NCBI GenBank assembly: GCA_015522685.1
Contig: WALU01000031.1
Span: 1-30,996 of the forward strand
Source: Thermoproteota archaeon
GTDB taxonomy: Archaea; Korarchaeota; Korarchaeia; Korarchaeales; Korarchaeaceae
Direction of reading: 5' to 3'
DNA length: 30,996 nt
Of this stretch, positions 17,198 to 27,653 are shown piece after piece; within the stretch, counting starts at the first letter, position 1, and each line of letters begins with the position of its first letter. Under the pieces are notes generated by a model. It did no database searches. It saw nothing but the letters and a program-made list of their open reading frames with translations, and was not told where the DNA came from. A program made the translations under genes and the position numbers.

Positions 17198-17695
17198 ATG
17201 CGAATAAGCTCTCTGAGGAAAATACCAGGCAGACCGAAGTTATTTAAGAGTGATTATGGGTATATCCTGGTTGTTGGCCTTGAGCATCCACCTGATCATA
17301 TGGCTCATGAATTGTCTGCAATAGTTCCATCCGATATAGTTGCCTCCCTCAGGCATCTTGTCTTGGCAGCCCTTAGAGCTAGCCGCTCTCTAAAGAAGGG
17401 AGTTAATATCGCAGATGTTTTTGCCTACGAGCTAGGCATATGCCTCACAGGTGATAGAGAGATTTCTAAAGTAATTAGTGTCATAAGGAGAAGAGATTAT
17501 CGTAAGGGGTATACTCTAGTAGCCGTTTGCGAAAATCCACTTGAATGTAGATCGATGCTTATGAATATCCTAATGAGAGGAGCTATGCTAGGCAACGTGA
17601 GAGCGCTATATGAACCGGAGAGCTTTCCTATCTGTTCAAATATCGAAGATATCCCAGCAATGGGGAAGGGAGCTTTGGTTGAACTAGATAGATGA
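17198..17695 (+). CDS. cgi121: KEOPS complex subunit Cgi121
   Basis: RHLVLAALRA...GVNIADVFAYELGICLTGDREISKVI pattern. Start uncertain (17099, 17152 or 17198). Confidence 0.7.
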   Translation: MRISSLRKIPGRPKLFKSDYGYILVVGLEHPPDHMAHELSAIVPSDIVASLRHLVLAALRASRSLKKGVNIADVFAYELGICLTGDREISKVISVIRRRDYRKGYTLVAVCENPLECRSMLMNILMRGAMLGNVRALYEPESFPICSNIEDIPAMGKGALVELDR

Positions 17696-17736
17696 ATATC
17701 TTTTAAAGGATTATCTATTGAAAATAAGGGATCAAG

Positions 17737-18060
17737 ATGTCATCGGAAGAATTTATTCAGACAAAAGCTGAGGAACTTCTTAATCAGCTTAATCAGGTTG
17801 TAACTCAATTAACTAATCTCAAGGCTGAACATGATTCTATTAATGAGGCTTTAAGCAGATTAGAGAAATTAGAAAACATTAAGGAGGTATTTGAGAGAGT
17901 AGGTGTTGTTTACGTGAAGAGAGACCGTGAACCAGTCATAGTTGAGCTTAAGGCAGTGAAAGAAGCTTTAGAGACGACAATACAGAGCTTAGAGAAGAAG
18001 GAGAGGGATATTAGAGAAACTTTGAATAGGATGCTTCAATCTAGCCCTCAAGGTAGCTGA
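17737..18060 (+). CDS. pfdB: Prefoldin beta subunit
   Basis: Coiled coil - VFERVGVVYVKR hairpin - coiled coil, 107 aa. Confidence 0.85.
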   Translation: MSSEEFIQTKAEELLNQLNQVVTQLTNLKAEHDSINEALSRLEKLENIKEVFERVGVVYVKRDREPVIVELKAVKEALETTIQSLEKKERDIRETLNRMLQSSPQGS

Positions 18061-19432
18061 ATAGTGCTTTTTCGAATATTTCCTTTCTTTCCCTTGGTAT
18101 TTGGGCACCTGCGGCCATCTTATGTCCTCCTCCTACTCCTCCAGCCTCTTTCGATGCCATTCTCAACAATTCATCTAGATCTATCAATCTATCACTTCCA
18201 GATTTAGTCAATCTGGCTGATATTTTGATTATACCTTCATCGGAGTTAGCATAGCCTATTATCACATCAGCGTTCTTGAAGGATTTGGAAAGAATTGAAG
18301 CTATTGTGCCTATCATCGTATCTCTAGCTTGGCCCTCATCTATGAATGCCACTCTGCCTGAAATCCTTACCTTAACCCTTCTTAGTACTTCTGAGAGAGT
18401 TCTTCTATATAATTGAAGGAACTCCATCGCTCTAGCTAGGGTTCCTTCCCTTAGACCTGATGCCAGGAGAGCTCCTACATTACCTCCGCCCATTCTTCCA
18501 CATGCATTGAGTAAAGTAGCGAAGCTGCTTAGGTCTCTTAGAGGAGATCCCTTTGGTTCCTTAAGGTATATATAAACATTTCCTATCAGATATTTGGCCT
18601 TCTCAAGGCTTCCAACTCTCTTTACAAGCTCGTTAGCTAGATCCCTCTTCTGCTCCTCTGTAAGATCCGATAGTGTTGTCCATCTGTCGCCTATCTTTAT
18701 AGGTATCCCTAACTTCTCGACTAATGTTAGGGCACCAGATGAGCTATCTGATATACCCTCTATCAATGGATCAACTGTCCTCTCTAGGGAGGATACTAGT
18801 GGATAATTTGGCCCGCCAAAAAGCTTTAGATCTGGTCTTACTTCCACATAACCTTCTCTTATAGCTAAATTTAGTATTTCTTTATTGATTCCCATAAATC
18901 CATTTCCTTCTTTCTCCTGTAAGTCACCCAGCGCCCCAACAAGGGATATTGGAGCCATTGAAGGATCACCAAGCATTTCGTAATAGAGGAGAAAAGACAT
19001 TCCAGCTCCACTAATCTCAATATCCCCATTCAAACCTGCTAGGAAGGGATTTAAGACATTTACCTCATTATCAAGCGATGAAGGTTTATGATGATCCACT
19101 ATGAAGATGCGCTTTCTAGAAGAACTTAATGTTGAAAGGAGCTCAATGTCACCAGATCCGAGATCGGAGAATATGTAGGTGGCATAGGACTCCTGTCTCA
19201 GTGATTTTATGAGAGGCTCATTGAGATATTTAACTATTGATAAGTGAAAAGAGATATTCAGTTTCCTGAGAAGAGATATTAATACTCCAGCGGAACTCAG
19301 TCCATCCGCATCTAAGTGACTTATTAGCCTAATGGGAGGGTTAAGGGAGGAGTAGAAATCGTGAGCAAAAGACCTAAGGATATCTTTTAGCGGACCAAGG
19401 TTCAATTTCGCTCCTTCTTCCTTAAGAGGCAT
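18041..19432 (-). CDS. RecJ-like DHH phosphoesterase (rps15-linked)
   Basis: SHLDADG, SDLGS, VDHH, LLNACGR and GGGH motifs; lies directly downstream of rps15. Confidence 0.92.
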   Translation of the reverse strand: MPLKEEGAKLNLGPLKDILRSFAHDFYSSLNPPIRLISHLDADGLSSAGVLISLLRKLNISFHLSIVKYLNEPLIKSLRQESYATYIFSDLGSGDIELLSTLSSSRKRIFIVDHHKPSSLDNEVNVLNPFLAGLNGDIEISGAGMSFLLYYEMLGDPSMAPISLVGALGDLQEKEGNGFMGINKEILNLAIREGYVEVRPDLKLFGGPNYPLVSSLERTVDPLIEGISDSSSGALTLVEKLGIPIKIGDRWTTLSDLTEEQKRDLANELVKRVGSLEKAKYLIGNVYIYLKEPKGSPLRDLSSFATLLNACGRMGGGNVGALLASGLREGTLARAMEFLQLYRRTLSEVLRRVKVRISGRVAFIDEGQARDTMIGTIASILSKSFKNADVIIGYANSDEGIIKISARLTKSGSDRLIDLDELLRMASKEAGGVGGGHKMAAGAQIPRERKEIFEKALFSYLEG

Positions 19433-19877
19433 AGAGTTCAGCTATTTCGGGGCTATAACGCCAATCTTTAGGAAGTTTTCCGATTCTCTTGTAATATTTA
19501 ACTAGCCTGCTTATTTTAGATTCCGTGAGAGCGAGACCCCTTTTAGCATGAAAGTCTTTTCTGTTTTCTTCTATATGCTTTCTTATGTTATAAGCCTTGC
19601 TTATGAGTGCAAGAAGATCTTCTGGTATTGGAGGAGCTATATCATGTTCTTCTAATACCTTGCTTATCTTCTTACCCAGTATTCTCTTGACAAGAGGTAC
19701 ACCATACTCATTCCTCAAGATCATACCTATTTGACTAGGTGGAACCCCTCTTTTACCTAGTTTAACTATTAGCTCTTCTATTTCCTCTCTAGATAGAGGA
19801 ACCCAGTCTAAGGGAGTATCTCGAGGCGGTCTGGTTGATTCAGACTTACCTCTTTTCCTGCTATGTATCCTAGCCAT
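19422..19877 (-). CDS. rps15: 30S ribosomal protein uS15 (S15P/S13e)
   Basis: [12 protein letters not shown]..., [24 protein letters not shown]. Confidence 0.97.
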   Translation of the reverse strand: MARIHSRKRGKSESTRPPRDTPLDWVPLSREEIEELIVKLGKRGVPPSQIGMILRNEYGVPLVKRILGKKISKVLEEHDIAPPIPEDLLALISKAYNIRKHIEENRKDFHAKRGLALTESKISRLVKYYKRIGKLPKDWRYSPEIAELYAS

Positions 19878-20474
19878 TTATTCACCCTTCTCTCTCTGCG
19901 ATCCACTCATCGTTTTTAAATAATTCCCCTTGGCCATCAGGAACTTCCTCAGTTCACCAGCTGACCTACCTCTATGAGAAAATCTGTCCTTATCTTCACC
20001 TAATTCTCCAAATGCGAGCCCATTAGATCCCTCTGGGATGAATATGGGATCAAAGCCCCATCCTCCTCTTTTCTTCTCTTCAGCTATATATCCAGCTACT
20101 CTACCCTCGAAGGTTATAATAGAATTTCTTACATATAGTGCTATTATTGATGAAAAGACTGCTTTCCTCTCTTCTATCCCTGACATAAGCTTCAATATTC
20201 CATCATTTCTCAAGCTATTGAAGATGTAGGAGGAGTATGGCCCTGGAAATCCATCTAGGGCTTTAATAAAAAGTCCAGCGTCCTCTAAGAAGAAAGGTTC
20301 AGGAAAATATTTTGAGAGCCATAGAGCTGATGTGATAGCTACTTCCGCCAGATCATCTGATTGGGGCTCCAAGTACTCTACTTGGAGCCATCTGAGATTA
20401 ACTAGATCCTCAAGCATCCTCCTAAACTCTAGAAACTTATGTTTGTTCGATGATGCGAAATATAGTGTGATCAT
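19878..20474 (-). CDS. rdgB: Non-canonical purine NTP pyrophosphatase (RdgB/Ham1)
   Basis: FASSNKHK, EDAGLFIKALDGFPGPYS, GWGFDPIF, SHRG. Confidence 0.95.
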   Translation of the reverse strand: MITLYFASSNKHKFLEFRRMLEDLVNLRWLQVEYLEPQSDDLAEVAITSALWLSKYFPEPFFLEDAGLFIKALDGFPGPYSSYIFNSLRNDGILKLMSGIEERKAVFSSIIALYVRNSIITFEGRVAGYIAEEKKRGGWGFDPIFIPEGSNGLAFGELGEDKDRFSHRGRSAGELRKFLMAKGNYLKTMSGSQREKGE

Positions 20475-21061
20475 TTGTACCTACCTCTAGCTTCTACAAC
20501 TACTAGCCTCTTTATTACCTTGCCAAATAGTTCCTGGCAGCTCTTATATCCTCTTAAGAAGGACTTCCATAAGGTTTCCCATTCATCAGTTAGGGATATT
20601 AGGGATCTCTTAAGGACGTATAAGTCCACAGCATAATCTTCTATTTTATGAGTGTACGCAGCGAGCCCGAAATCTATTAAACAGATTTTATCATCAGGAG
20701 TTACCAGCGCATTATAAGGGGTAAGATCGTTGTGAGCTATACCAGATGAATGAAGTTTACATGCTATTCTACCGAACTCCGTCATTAAACTCGAGCCTAA
20801 GGAATTAGCGAGCTTGCTCCCTTCAATATATTCTACCATAAGTGAGTCATTCCATACATCTAAAATGGCTGGAACAGGTACCCCCCCAAGTAAGGCTCTC
20901 CTCATTAGCCTAGCTTCTTTACGAGTGCGTCCTCTTCTCAGTCGAATATCCAACGAGGGATTTCTGTAGCTCTTCTTTATTCTTCTCTTAATTATGATAG
21001 GTAAGCCAAGAAGTTCCGCTTTATATATCTCGGCTTCTGCTCCTTTATATATTAATTCCAC
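20471..21061 (-). CDS. bud32: KEOPS kinase/ATPase Bud32
   Basis: KGAEAEIY, RTRKEA, HNDLT..N, LIDFGL, AVDLYVL, RGRY. Confidence 0.93.
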   Translation of the reverse strand: MELIYKGAEAEIYKAELLGLPIIIKRRIKKSYRNPSLDIRLRRGRTRKEARLMRRALLGGVPVPAILDVWNDSLMVEYIEGSKLANSLGSSLMTEFGRIACKLHSSGIAHNDLTPYNALVTPDDKICLIDFGLAAYTHKIEDYAVDLYVLKRSLISLTDEWETLWKSFLRGYKSCQELFGKVIKRLVVVEARGRYK

Positions 21062-21720
21062 CCGTATCTACCTCTCAGAGGGACGAATACGACCTCGGTC
21101 ACCTTTTTCCTAAATATCTTACCACTAGACCTCTCTACAAGAAGGAGATCTTGTCCAAAGAATCCTGGATTTCCAACAGGTATGACCATTTTTCCTCCCT
21201 CCTTTAAGAGGTTAAGGAGAGGCGGAGGCACATCAGGAGCGGCAGCAGTGACAAGTATCCTATCAGCTTTTGTTCTTAGGGGAACGCCATCGCTCCCATC
21301 CATGTTAATAACATGAACCCTATCAGAGTAGCCAGCTTCTCTCAGGTTAAAATAGGCTTGAGTTGAAAGTACTGAGTTTATCTCTACTGTTATAACAGTC
21401 CCCCATTTGTGAGGAAGCTCGCTTGAGGGAGCGACTATCTCAGCAATAGTTGCAGTATGATATCCACTCCCTGTTCCTATCTCAATTACTAAATGACCCA
21501 GTTTTAAGTCTAGTAGTTCATCCATTATGAATACCATGTGAGGAGCGCTTATTGTCTGGCCTTCGCCGATGGGGAGAGGAGTGTCGGCATATGCCATACC
21601 CTCATACTTCCCTGGGATAAACATTTCCCTTTTAACAACTTCTGCAGCTCGCCTGACCTTCTCTGTTTTTATTATCCCTAGCCTCAAAAGCCTCTCCACT
21701 AATGATTTATGGTTCCTCAT
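21052..21720 (-). CDS. pcm: Protein-L-isoaspartate O-methyltransferase
   Basis: AYADTPLPIGEGQTISAPHM, EIGTGSGY, ILVTAAA, FVPL. Confidence 0.96.
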   Translation of the reverse strand: MRNHKSLVERLLRLGIIKTEKVRRAAEVVKREMFIPGKYEGMAYADTPLPIGEGQTISAPHMVFIMDELLDLKLGHLVIEIGTGSGYHTATIAEIVAPSSELPHKWGTVITVEINSVLSTQAYFNLREAGYSDRVHVINMDGSDGVPLRTKADRILVTAAAPDVPPPLLNLLKEGGKMVIPVGNPGFFGQDLLLVERSSGKIFRKKVTEVVFVPLRGRYGWN

Positions 21721-21732
21721 CTAAGAATAGAT

Positions 21733-22143
21733 ATGCTTGAAGAGATAATAGCTTATGGGCATCCTAATATAACGGCCAAGCACAGGACTACGATGGAGGT
21801 AACTAAGGATTCAAGCATTACTTTCAGAGCAGATTGTGTGATAGGGGTTAGATCAAGCAAGGCAGTATCAGATCTCTCAGAAGAGCTGAGGAGGCACTTA
21901 ATAGAGGGAGGTTCTGTTCAGATTAATTTAGTTGTCCGAGACATAACTTTTTCTCTTCTAGCATGGGGAGATCCCCTACTTAGGTTAACAAATAATATTG
22001 ATGCAGTAATTAGGAAATCTACTTATGTAGATGATCGAACTTTAGCAGTAAAATCTAATTTTGCAGCAAGAGATATTCCCAGGCATATGGTGAAGGCTTT
22101 GAGGAACCCCAAAGCAATGCTCATGATAGAGGTAGTATTCTAG
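21733..22143 (+). CDS. DUF371 domain protein
   Basis: GHPNITAKHRTTMEVTKD...DCVIGV...IRKSTY.D.RTL signature. Confidence 0.9.
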   Translation: MLEEIIAYGHPNITAKHRTTMEVTKDSSITFRADCVIGVRSSKAVSDLSEELRRHLIEGGSVQINLVVRDITFSLLAWGDPLLRLTNNIDAVIRKSTYVDDRTLAVKSNFAARDIPRHMVKALRNPKAMLMIEVVF

Positions 22144-22155
22144 TTTCATATTACG

Positions 22156-23250
22156 TTAGATAAAACCTTGGGCCTCTGGATCTAAGGGTTTTAGCAGTTC
22201 TCTCATATAGGATGTTGCATACATACCTGATTCTAAGAAGAAGGATACTATAGCATAGCTAGATCTTCCCAATATTCTAGTGCTTAAAGCTCTCCCTACA
22301 GCCTTTCTTAAACCCCCAAGAGCGCTAATTTCCGGGAGCTCCCTAAAAAGGAACATTTCCTTAGATATCCCCTCATCTCTAAGCAGCTTTCTCACCTCCT
22401 CTTTAAGCCATTCTCCTTTTTCTTTGCTCATTCCTCCTATTAGAGGAAGTAAAAGCTCTCTCCTCCCCCCTGAGTATAACTCTATTTCTCTATTATATTT
22501 CAATACGAAATCTCCTAGTTCAGGTTTTAAACTGTGAAGAATTCTCCTAGAGAGTAGCACATTGAAGAGATATGATTGATAAGAATGTATATAAAGTCTC
22601 AGTAGATCTATCCCTAGCGAGCCAGCTAGTTGCTTAAGACTTCTAACTGATCCTACCTGATAACCTTGACGCTCTATCAAATCTATGGCTTCTTTCAGAG
22701 ATCTTAAAAGCATAGCTTTCCCTATTTCATAGTTGAATGGTTCCTTAAAGCCAAACCTTTGATAAGAAAAGAAGTTAGGAAACTCCGATGATTCAGGGAG
22801 GGAGCTTACTCCTCTCACAACTAAGGTAAAATAGTTCCCATCATTCACTCCTCTAGATATCGGTTCTACGTACTTACCAACAGGTTTTACCAGAAAACCA
22901 TTTTTCAGGCTCATAATCTTGTGCCTACCTTCTATAGAGAGAAATTGGAAGGATATCGAATTAGAATCCTTAAGACCAGCATATCTTACCTTACCACCCA
23001 GTATATTGCTTATGCGTGAGACTAGCTTCCTTGTATTCATCCTAGTAAACTTAGCTGCGACTAGGTAGTGAAACGGCCCATTATTTGGGAAAATTTCTTT
23101 TCCTAAGAGGACTTTAGAGGCTCTTTTACCCATAAGTACTTCGTCCACTATGAAATCACTCAATTTTCCCCTCAGCTTGCCTCCAAGCCTAGGACTTGAT
23201 GTTAGATATATCAGCATCCCCAATTTAACATCAATACTTGGTGGTATCAC
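22156..23250 (-). CDS. truD: tRNA pseudouridine(13) synthase TruD
   Basis: DFIVDE, YAGLKD, GNYFTL, FPNFFSYQRFG, YQSYLFN, GMYATSYMREL. Confidence 0.93.
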   Translation of the reverse strand: MIPPSIDVKLGMLIYLTSSPRLGGKLRGKLSDFIVDEVLMGKRASKVLLGKEIFPNNGPFHYLVAAKFTRMNTRKLVSRISNILGGKVRYAGLKDSNSISFQFLSIEGRHKIMSLKNGFLVKPVGKYVEPISRGVNDGNYFTLVVRGVSSLPESSEFPNFFSYQRFGFKEPFNYEIGKAMLLRSLKEAIDLIERQGYQVGSVRSLKQLAGSLGIDLLRLYIHSYQSYLFNVLLSRRILHSLKPELGDFVLKYNREIELYSGGRRELLLPLIGGMSKEKGEWLKEEVRKLLRDEGISKEMFLFRELPEISALGGLRKAVGRALSTRILGRSSYAIVSFFLESGMYATSYMRELLKPLDPEAQGFI

Positions 23251-23603
23251 CTGTAGAGCTTCAACCTCCCTGTGACTCTATCTATCAACTCATTTTCATG
23301 GGGGCCTATACCCACAGCTGTTAAGGTACCTGGCTCTAGCTCTGTTAAACCAGCATCTTTTATGAGAACAGCTATTAATTCTCTTTTGAGGGCCTCTTGG
23401 TATAACTCCATTAACTCACTTTCACTATCAACCTGAACAACTACCTTCTTAGCTCCTTCCTCTCTCCACTCCTTATATATGTCAGGTATCCTTCTCCTAG
23501 CCTCCTCTGCAGCTTCTAGTGAAGCATGAGCCACTTGAACTGCTAGCTTGCCACAACTCATACCGAGATCTTTCCTCACAATTATTACCTGCTTATACCT
23601 CAC
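23247..23603 (-). CDS. pth2: Peptidyl-tRNA hydrolase Pth2
   Basis: KQVIIVRKDLGMSCGKLAVQVAHAS, DAGLTEL.PGTLTAVGIGP. Confidence 0.96.
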   Translation of the reverse strand: MRYKQVIIVRKDLGMSCGKLAVQVAHASLEAAEEARRRIPDIYKEWREEGAKKVVVQVDSESELMELYQEALKRELIAVLIKDAGLTELEPGTLTAVGIGPHENELIDRVTGRLKLYR

Positions 23604-24664
23604 TAAACCACCTCATTAAATAACTCCATGTATTCCTCAGCTACATGCCTCCAAGTTCTCTTTAGAGCTCTTTTTCTACCTTTCTCACCCATTTCATTCC
23701 TTATATCTTTATTTTCCAGGAGAATTAATATCTTAGATGCAAATTCATAGGGATCCCGCTGGACTAGGAAGCCATCTATTCTATCTCTCACAACATCTCT
23801 CAGTCCCCCTGTATTTGTAGCTATTACAGGAGTACCAGCAGCTAATGATTCTAAGGCTACCAACCCATATCCCTCGTATCTAGCTGGATGGAGGAGAGAA
23901 TCAGCTGCTCTATAGTAAAGAGCAGTTTCATGCAGAGGTTTTTTTCCTACAAACCTTATTTTATTATCTAAGCCAAGTAATGAGACCTCTCTCCTCAATT
24001 CACTTAAAAGCGGCCCATCTCCTACCAAGATGAATTTTACGCTTATCTCCTTGTTCACTATAGAGGCTATGATAGGTATCATGTCAAATCCCTTAGCATG
24101 AGTAAATGTCCCTACCGATAGGACGACGTGGCCATCTAGGCCCAGCATCTCTTTAGCTTCTTCTCTTGAGGGAAGATCCCTGAAAATGTTTGGGTCTACC
24201 CCACCTGGTATAACTCTGTTCGCATTTATGCCTAAACTGTTTAGCTCCTCCTTTATCCAGCTGCTTACCGATATATTGGCGCTAGATCTAGATGCAGCTA
24301 ATCTAGATAATGTCTTGCTTAACCTGAGATCGCTCCCATGAAACGTAACCACATATTTCTTGCCAGTAAAGCTTGCAAAGAACCCTGCTAACCCCGATGT
24401 AAGAGCATAGTGAGTAGATGCTACATCAAATTGTTCTCTAGCCAGAGAATAGGTAGAATATAGTACGAAGGTAAGACCTTTTACCCCATGAATTGCTATT
24501 CTAGGAGCTCTTTTAACTTTCTCTCCAAGCTGAGGAGAGGCATTGGCATAAGAGATCACAGTTACTTCATTCCCCATTTTCATCAATTCTCTGGCTAGAT
24601 ATGTCATGTATATCTGAACCCCTCCAGCGTCTGGGTAGTAGGGCCCAACTAAAGCTATCTTCAT
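23603..24664 (-). CDS. Glycosyltransferase family 4 (GT-B)
   Basis: MKIALVGPYYPDAGG (ATG 24664), TFHGSD, KGFD, EGYGLVALESLAAGTPVIA. Confidence 0.92.
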   Translation of the reverse strand: MKIALVGPYYPDAGGVQIYMTYLARELMKMGNEVTVISYANASPQLGEKVKRAPRIAIHGVKGLTFVLYSTYSLAREQFDVASTHYALTSGLAGFFASFTGKKYVVTFHGSDLRLSKTLSRLAASRSSANISVSSWIKEELNSLGINANRVIPGGVDPNIFRDLPSREEAKEMLGLDGHVVLSVGTFTHAKGFDMIPIIASIVNKEISVKFILVGDGPLLSELRREVSLLGLDNKIRFVGKKPLHETALYYRAADSLLHPARYEGYGLVALESLAAGTPVIATNTGGLRDVVRDRIDGFLVQRDPYEFASKILILLENKDIRNEMGEKGRKRALKRTWRHVAEEYMELFNEVV

Positions 24665-24750
24665 CTTATGAGAAAATCGGCTATGTAAAATAAAGGTGCT
24701 TAAGGCTGAAGATTTAATTCGGAGAATATTACATATGCTCATGACCCTTC

Positions 24751-25779
24751 ATGGGAGTTAAGATAGGTGATATCGTCACTGGTAGGTTAGAATTGAGGTT
24801 AAAGAATCTGTCTGGGAAAAAGATCGCTTTAGATGCCTTTAACGCGCTGTATCAGTTCCTAGCTAAGATAAGGCAGCCGAATGGAACTCCTCTCATGACA
24901 AGCAAGGGTGAAATTACCAGTGTTCATTCAGGCATTTTCTATAGAACGGCTAACTTGCTAAAGGAGGGAATTATACCCATATATGCCTTCGATGGTGAAA
25001 AACCGGAGTTCAAAGCCAAAACTATTGAAGAAAGGATAAGAGTTAGAGAAGAAGCCGAAGAGAAGTGGAAGGCAGCTCTTGGGAGAGGAGAATTGGAGGA
25101 AGCAAGGAAATATGCCCAAGCAGCACTTAATGTAACTGACGAAATGATCAAGGATGCCAAAAGGATATTGGAGTTAATGGGTATACCTGTTGTACAAGCG
25201 CCAAGCGAGGGAGAAGCCCAGGCTGCATACATGGCTGCCAAAGGATCTGTGTGGGCTGCTGGATCGCAAGATTATGACTCTCTTCTCTTTGGGGCACCAA
25301 GACTTATCAGAAATATAACAATAACAGGGAAGAGAAAGATTCCCAGGAAGAACATCTATGTGGACGTGTATCCAGAGCTTATAGATCTAGAGAAGGTTCT
25401 TAGGGAAGATGGAATAACGAGAGGACAACTTATACTAATAGGGATACTTGTAGGATCAGATTACAATCCGGGAGGAGTTAAGGGTATCGGGGCTAAGAAG
25501 GCCCTAGAGTTGGTAAAGAAGTTCAAAAAGCCGGAAATTCTCTTCTCAAAGGTGAAGTGGGAATTTGATGTAGATCCTATGGCTATATATGAATTCTTCT
25601 TGGACCCTCCCACCACCGATGAATATAATGTTGAGATAAGGAGGCCTGATAGTGAAAATCTAATCAGGTTCATGGTGGAGGAACACGAGTTCTCTGAGGA
25701 TAGAGTTAAAAGAGTAATAAATGAGATAGAGGAATCTTACAAGATGATAGCCGGTGGCGGGCTAGAGGCTTGGTTTTGA
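24751..25779 (+). CDS. fen: Flap endonuclease 1
   Basis: [40 protein letters not shown]-terminal LEAWF. Confidence 0.97.
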   Translation: MGVKIGDIVTGRLELRLKNLSGKKIALDAFNALYQFLAKIRQPNGTPLMTSKGEITSVHSGIFYRTANLLKEGIIPIYAFDGEKPEFKAKTIEERIRVREEAEEKWKAALGRGELEEARKYAQAALNVTDEMIKDAKRILELMGIPVVQAPSEGEAQAAYMAAKGSVWAAGSQDYDSLLFGAPRLIRNITITGKRKIPRKNIYVDVYPELIDLEKVLREDGITRGQLILIGILVGSDYNPGGVKGIGAKKALELVKKFKKPEILFSKVKWEFDVDPMAIYEFFLDPPTTDEYNVEIRRPDSENLIRFMVEEHEFSEDRVKRVINEIEESYKMIAGGGLEAWF

Positions 25780-26031
25780 TTATTCCTCATCGGGAGCTAA
25801 GTATCTTCTCTCTCCAGAGATCTCTATAAGAAGTTCTCCCTTCTTACCGCTAGAAGATGCTACAATTTTTCCCATCACTTCAAGCTTCAGAAGGGCCTCC
25901 TCTATCTGGGAAAAAGATACTCCTGGTATGCTAGATGATACAAGATCATAAAGCTCCCTATCTTTTATAGCACCTTTACTCTTAACTATATCATAAATTA
26001 CGGTAATCAAAGGAAGAGGAGCTTTTGCCAT
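25780..26031 (-). CDS. Small winged-helix hypothetical protein
   Basis: IYDIVKSKGAIKDRELY...IEEALLKLEVMGKI; abuts the EF-1beta stop. Confidence 0.75.
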   Translation of the reverse strand: MAKAPLPLITVIYDIVKSKGAIKDRELYDLVSSSIPGVSFSQIEEALLKLEVMGKIVASSSGKKGELLIEISGERRYLAPDEE

Positions 26032-26301
26032 TTAACCCGCCCTACTTACTCCTTCTAGCTCAGCGCTACTAACTCCCTTGACTTTCTGCACGGCATCCAT
26101 TATTTTATCAGTAATGTCATCTTCCTCGGGAGCTGTAAGCACTATGCTTAGGGCAGTTATTCCGAATCCAATAGGCTTCTCCTCGTACTTCTCTAAATTG
26201 CCGTTTATGGAGGAGATAACTTTTTTTAATCCTTGGATAGCCTTAGCTGATTCAACGCTGCCATCCAAGAGCACCCTAATTAATGCCATTATTCTAGCCA
26301 T
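26032..26301 (-). CDS. ef1b: Translation elongation factor 1-beta
   Basis: EEKPIGFGITAL...VKGVSSAE; follows the DUF1610 gene as usual. Start is 26301 or 26307. Confidence 0.88.
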   Translation of the reverse strand: MARIMALIRVLLDGSVESAKAIQGLKKVISSINGNLEKYEEKPIGFGITALSIVLTAPEEDDITDKIMDAVQKVKGVSSAELEGVSRAG

Positions 26302-26311
26302 TCTCATCACC

Positions 26312-26518
26312 TTATGGCCCAACAAACCCACAATTGGGACATATATATTCATTGGCCTGCTTTCTACACGTATTGCACCTAATTATTACTGCCTCTCCAC
26401 AATTTGGACAGCGAAATGCAACAAATCCCTTCTCATAGGTAACCTTTCGGCCACATGAGGTACAGAATGTCTCCTTATCAGGGGGCAGCAGAGCGAATAC
26501 TAGGTTCTCCTTTGACAA
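26312..26518 (-). CDS. DUF1610 / HVO_2753-like zinc-ribbon protein
   Basis: CTSC...FRCPNCG...RCNTCRK...YICPNCGFVGP. Confidence 0.93.
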   Translation of the reverse strand: MSKENLVFALLPPDKETFCTSCGRKVTYEKGFVAFRCPNCGEAVIIRCNTCRKQANEYICPNCGFVGP

Positions 26519-26564
26519 TTTCGCACACCACTATGGCATGGAAGTTGGCAATTTAAAGATGTCC

Positions 26565-27647
26565 TTAGCTTGTCTGAGACCTAAATTTATCAGTAAGCCG
26601 AATCAGGTAGGTTTTGCCCGATTTCTTTCTCTTAATAACCCTCCTATCGACTAATTCCTTGATAAGCCTGCTTATCTTCGGTTTTGAGAATCCAGTGAGA
26701 TTAGGAAGATCTTCCTGCGGGATCTCCTCTCTCTCCATTATGATATCTATGAGCTTCTTCTCATCCACTGTAAAAAAGTCCATTAAATCGATCTTTTCTT
26801 TCTTTTCATGTAAAAGATATATAAAAGATATATATGCAATTAAAACACCTATTATCAGACCGGTAGCTAGAGGAATGGGATCACTCAATTCTCTAAATAT
26901 ATAGGAGAGGGACCATCCTCCATATCTAGGCGCTGGAGCGCCGACTTCCTCTAAAACTTTTACTTTATATCCCTCAGATAATAGCTTCTTAATTGTATCC
27001 GAGTTCAGACTGCTGCCTATAATTATTATCGATTTAACAACCTTTAGGTGCTCTTTTAGGGAATTTATGAATCCTTCCGGTGGTTTTCCATCTTTCGTAT
27101 ATACTATAGGTGCACCCCTTTCAACGGCCGCTGAAAGCGCAACCATATAGTAGGATGAGTTCAAACCATCTACAAGTATAAGGGATTTACAATTACTCCA
27201 ATAGTTTACAGCTAACAAGAGGGATGTATCTAGCCTCGTGGCTCCTCCCACTCTACTAACTGATGCTCCTAAGCTTCTGACGCGGTTCTCGAACTCAATA
27301 GGTACAGCATTAGGAGCACCTATTATGAGAATACTCACACTTTTCTTGAATCTTATAAAGCCAGATAATAAACTAAGTACCTCTTCCTCATTGTTAGCTA
27401 CCAGATGAATAACCCAAGATCCATGAGTTATACCATAAGCCATAGCAATGGCCCAATCTGTGTATATATCTCCTCTAACCACTACAGCATCAAAATGAGG
27501 TTGCTGAGAGGAGACAAGTACAACTACCTGCGAGAAAGCTAAGAGTATAAGAAATAGAGCGATAGCGGGCCCGCCGGGACTTGAACCCGGGACCTCCGGC
27601 TCCGCAGGCCAGCGCTCTAATCCTTGCTGAGCTACGGGCCCGTTCAT
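26565..27647 (-). CDS. Membrane-anchored regulator: signal/TM segment, cell-wall-binding-repeat-2-like ectodomain, TM helix, C-terminal wHTH; codons 3-28 overlap tRNA-Arg
   Basis: ILIIGAPNAVP...SRVGGATRLDTS (CWB2-like); TM LATGLIIGVLIAYISFIYLL; DEKKLIDII..IPQEDL..TGFSKPKISRLIKEL (wHTH). AGGAGGT lies 6 nt before ATG 27647. Confidence 0.8.
   Translation of the reverse strand: MNGPVAQQGLERWPAEPEVPGSSPGGPAIALFLILLAFSQVVVLVSSQQPHFDAVVVRGDIYTDWAIAMAYGITHGSWVIHLVANNEEEVLSLLSGFIRFKKSVSILIIGAPNAVPIEFENRVRSLGASVSRVGGATRLDTSLLLAVNYWSNCKSLILVDGLNSSYYMVALSAAVERGAPIVYTKDGKPPEGFINSLKEHLKVVKSIIIIGSSLNSDTIKKLLSEGYKVKVLEEVGAPAPRYGGWSLSYIFRELSDPIPLATGLIIGVLIAYISFIYLLHEKKEKIDLMDFFTVDEKKLIDIIMEREEIPQEDLPNLTGFSKPKISRLIKELVDRRVIKRKKSGKTYLIRLTDKFRSQTS
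27566..27641 (-). tRNA. tRNA-Arg(GCG)
   Basis: GGGCCCG acceptor stem, GCTC/GAGC D-stem, CTGGC-CT-GCG-GA-GCCGG anticodon arm, CCGGG-TTCAAGT-CCCGG T-arm; no encoded CCA. Confidence 0.95.
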
Positions 27648-27653
27648 TCAAGA

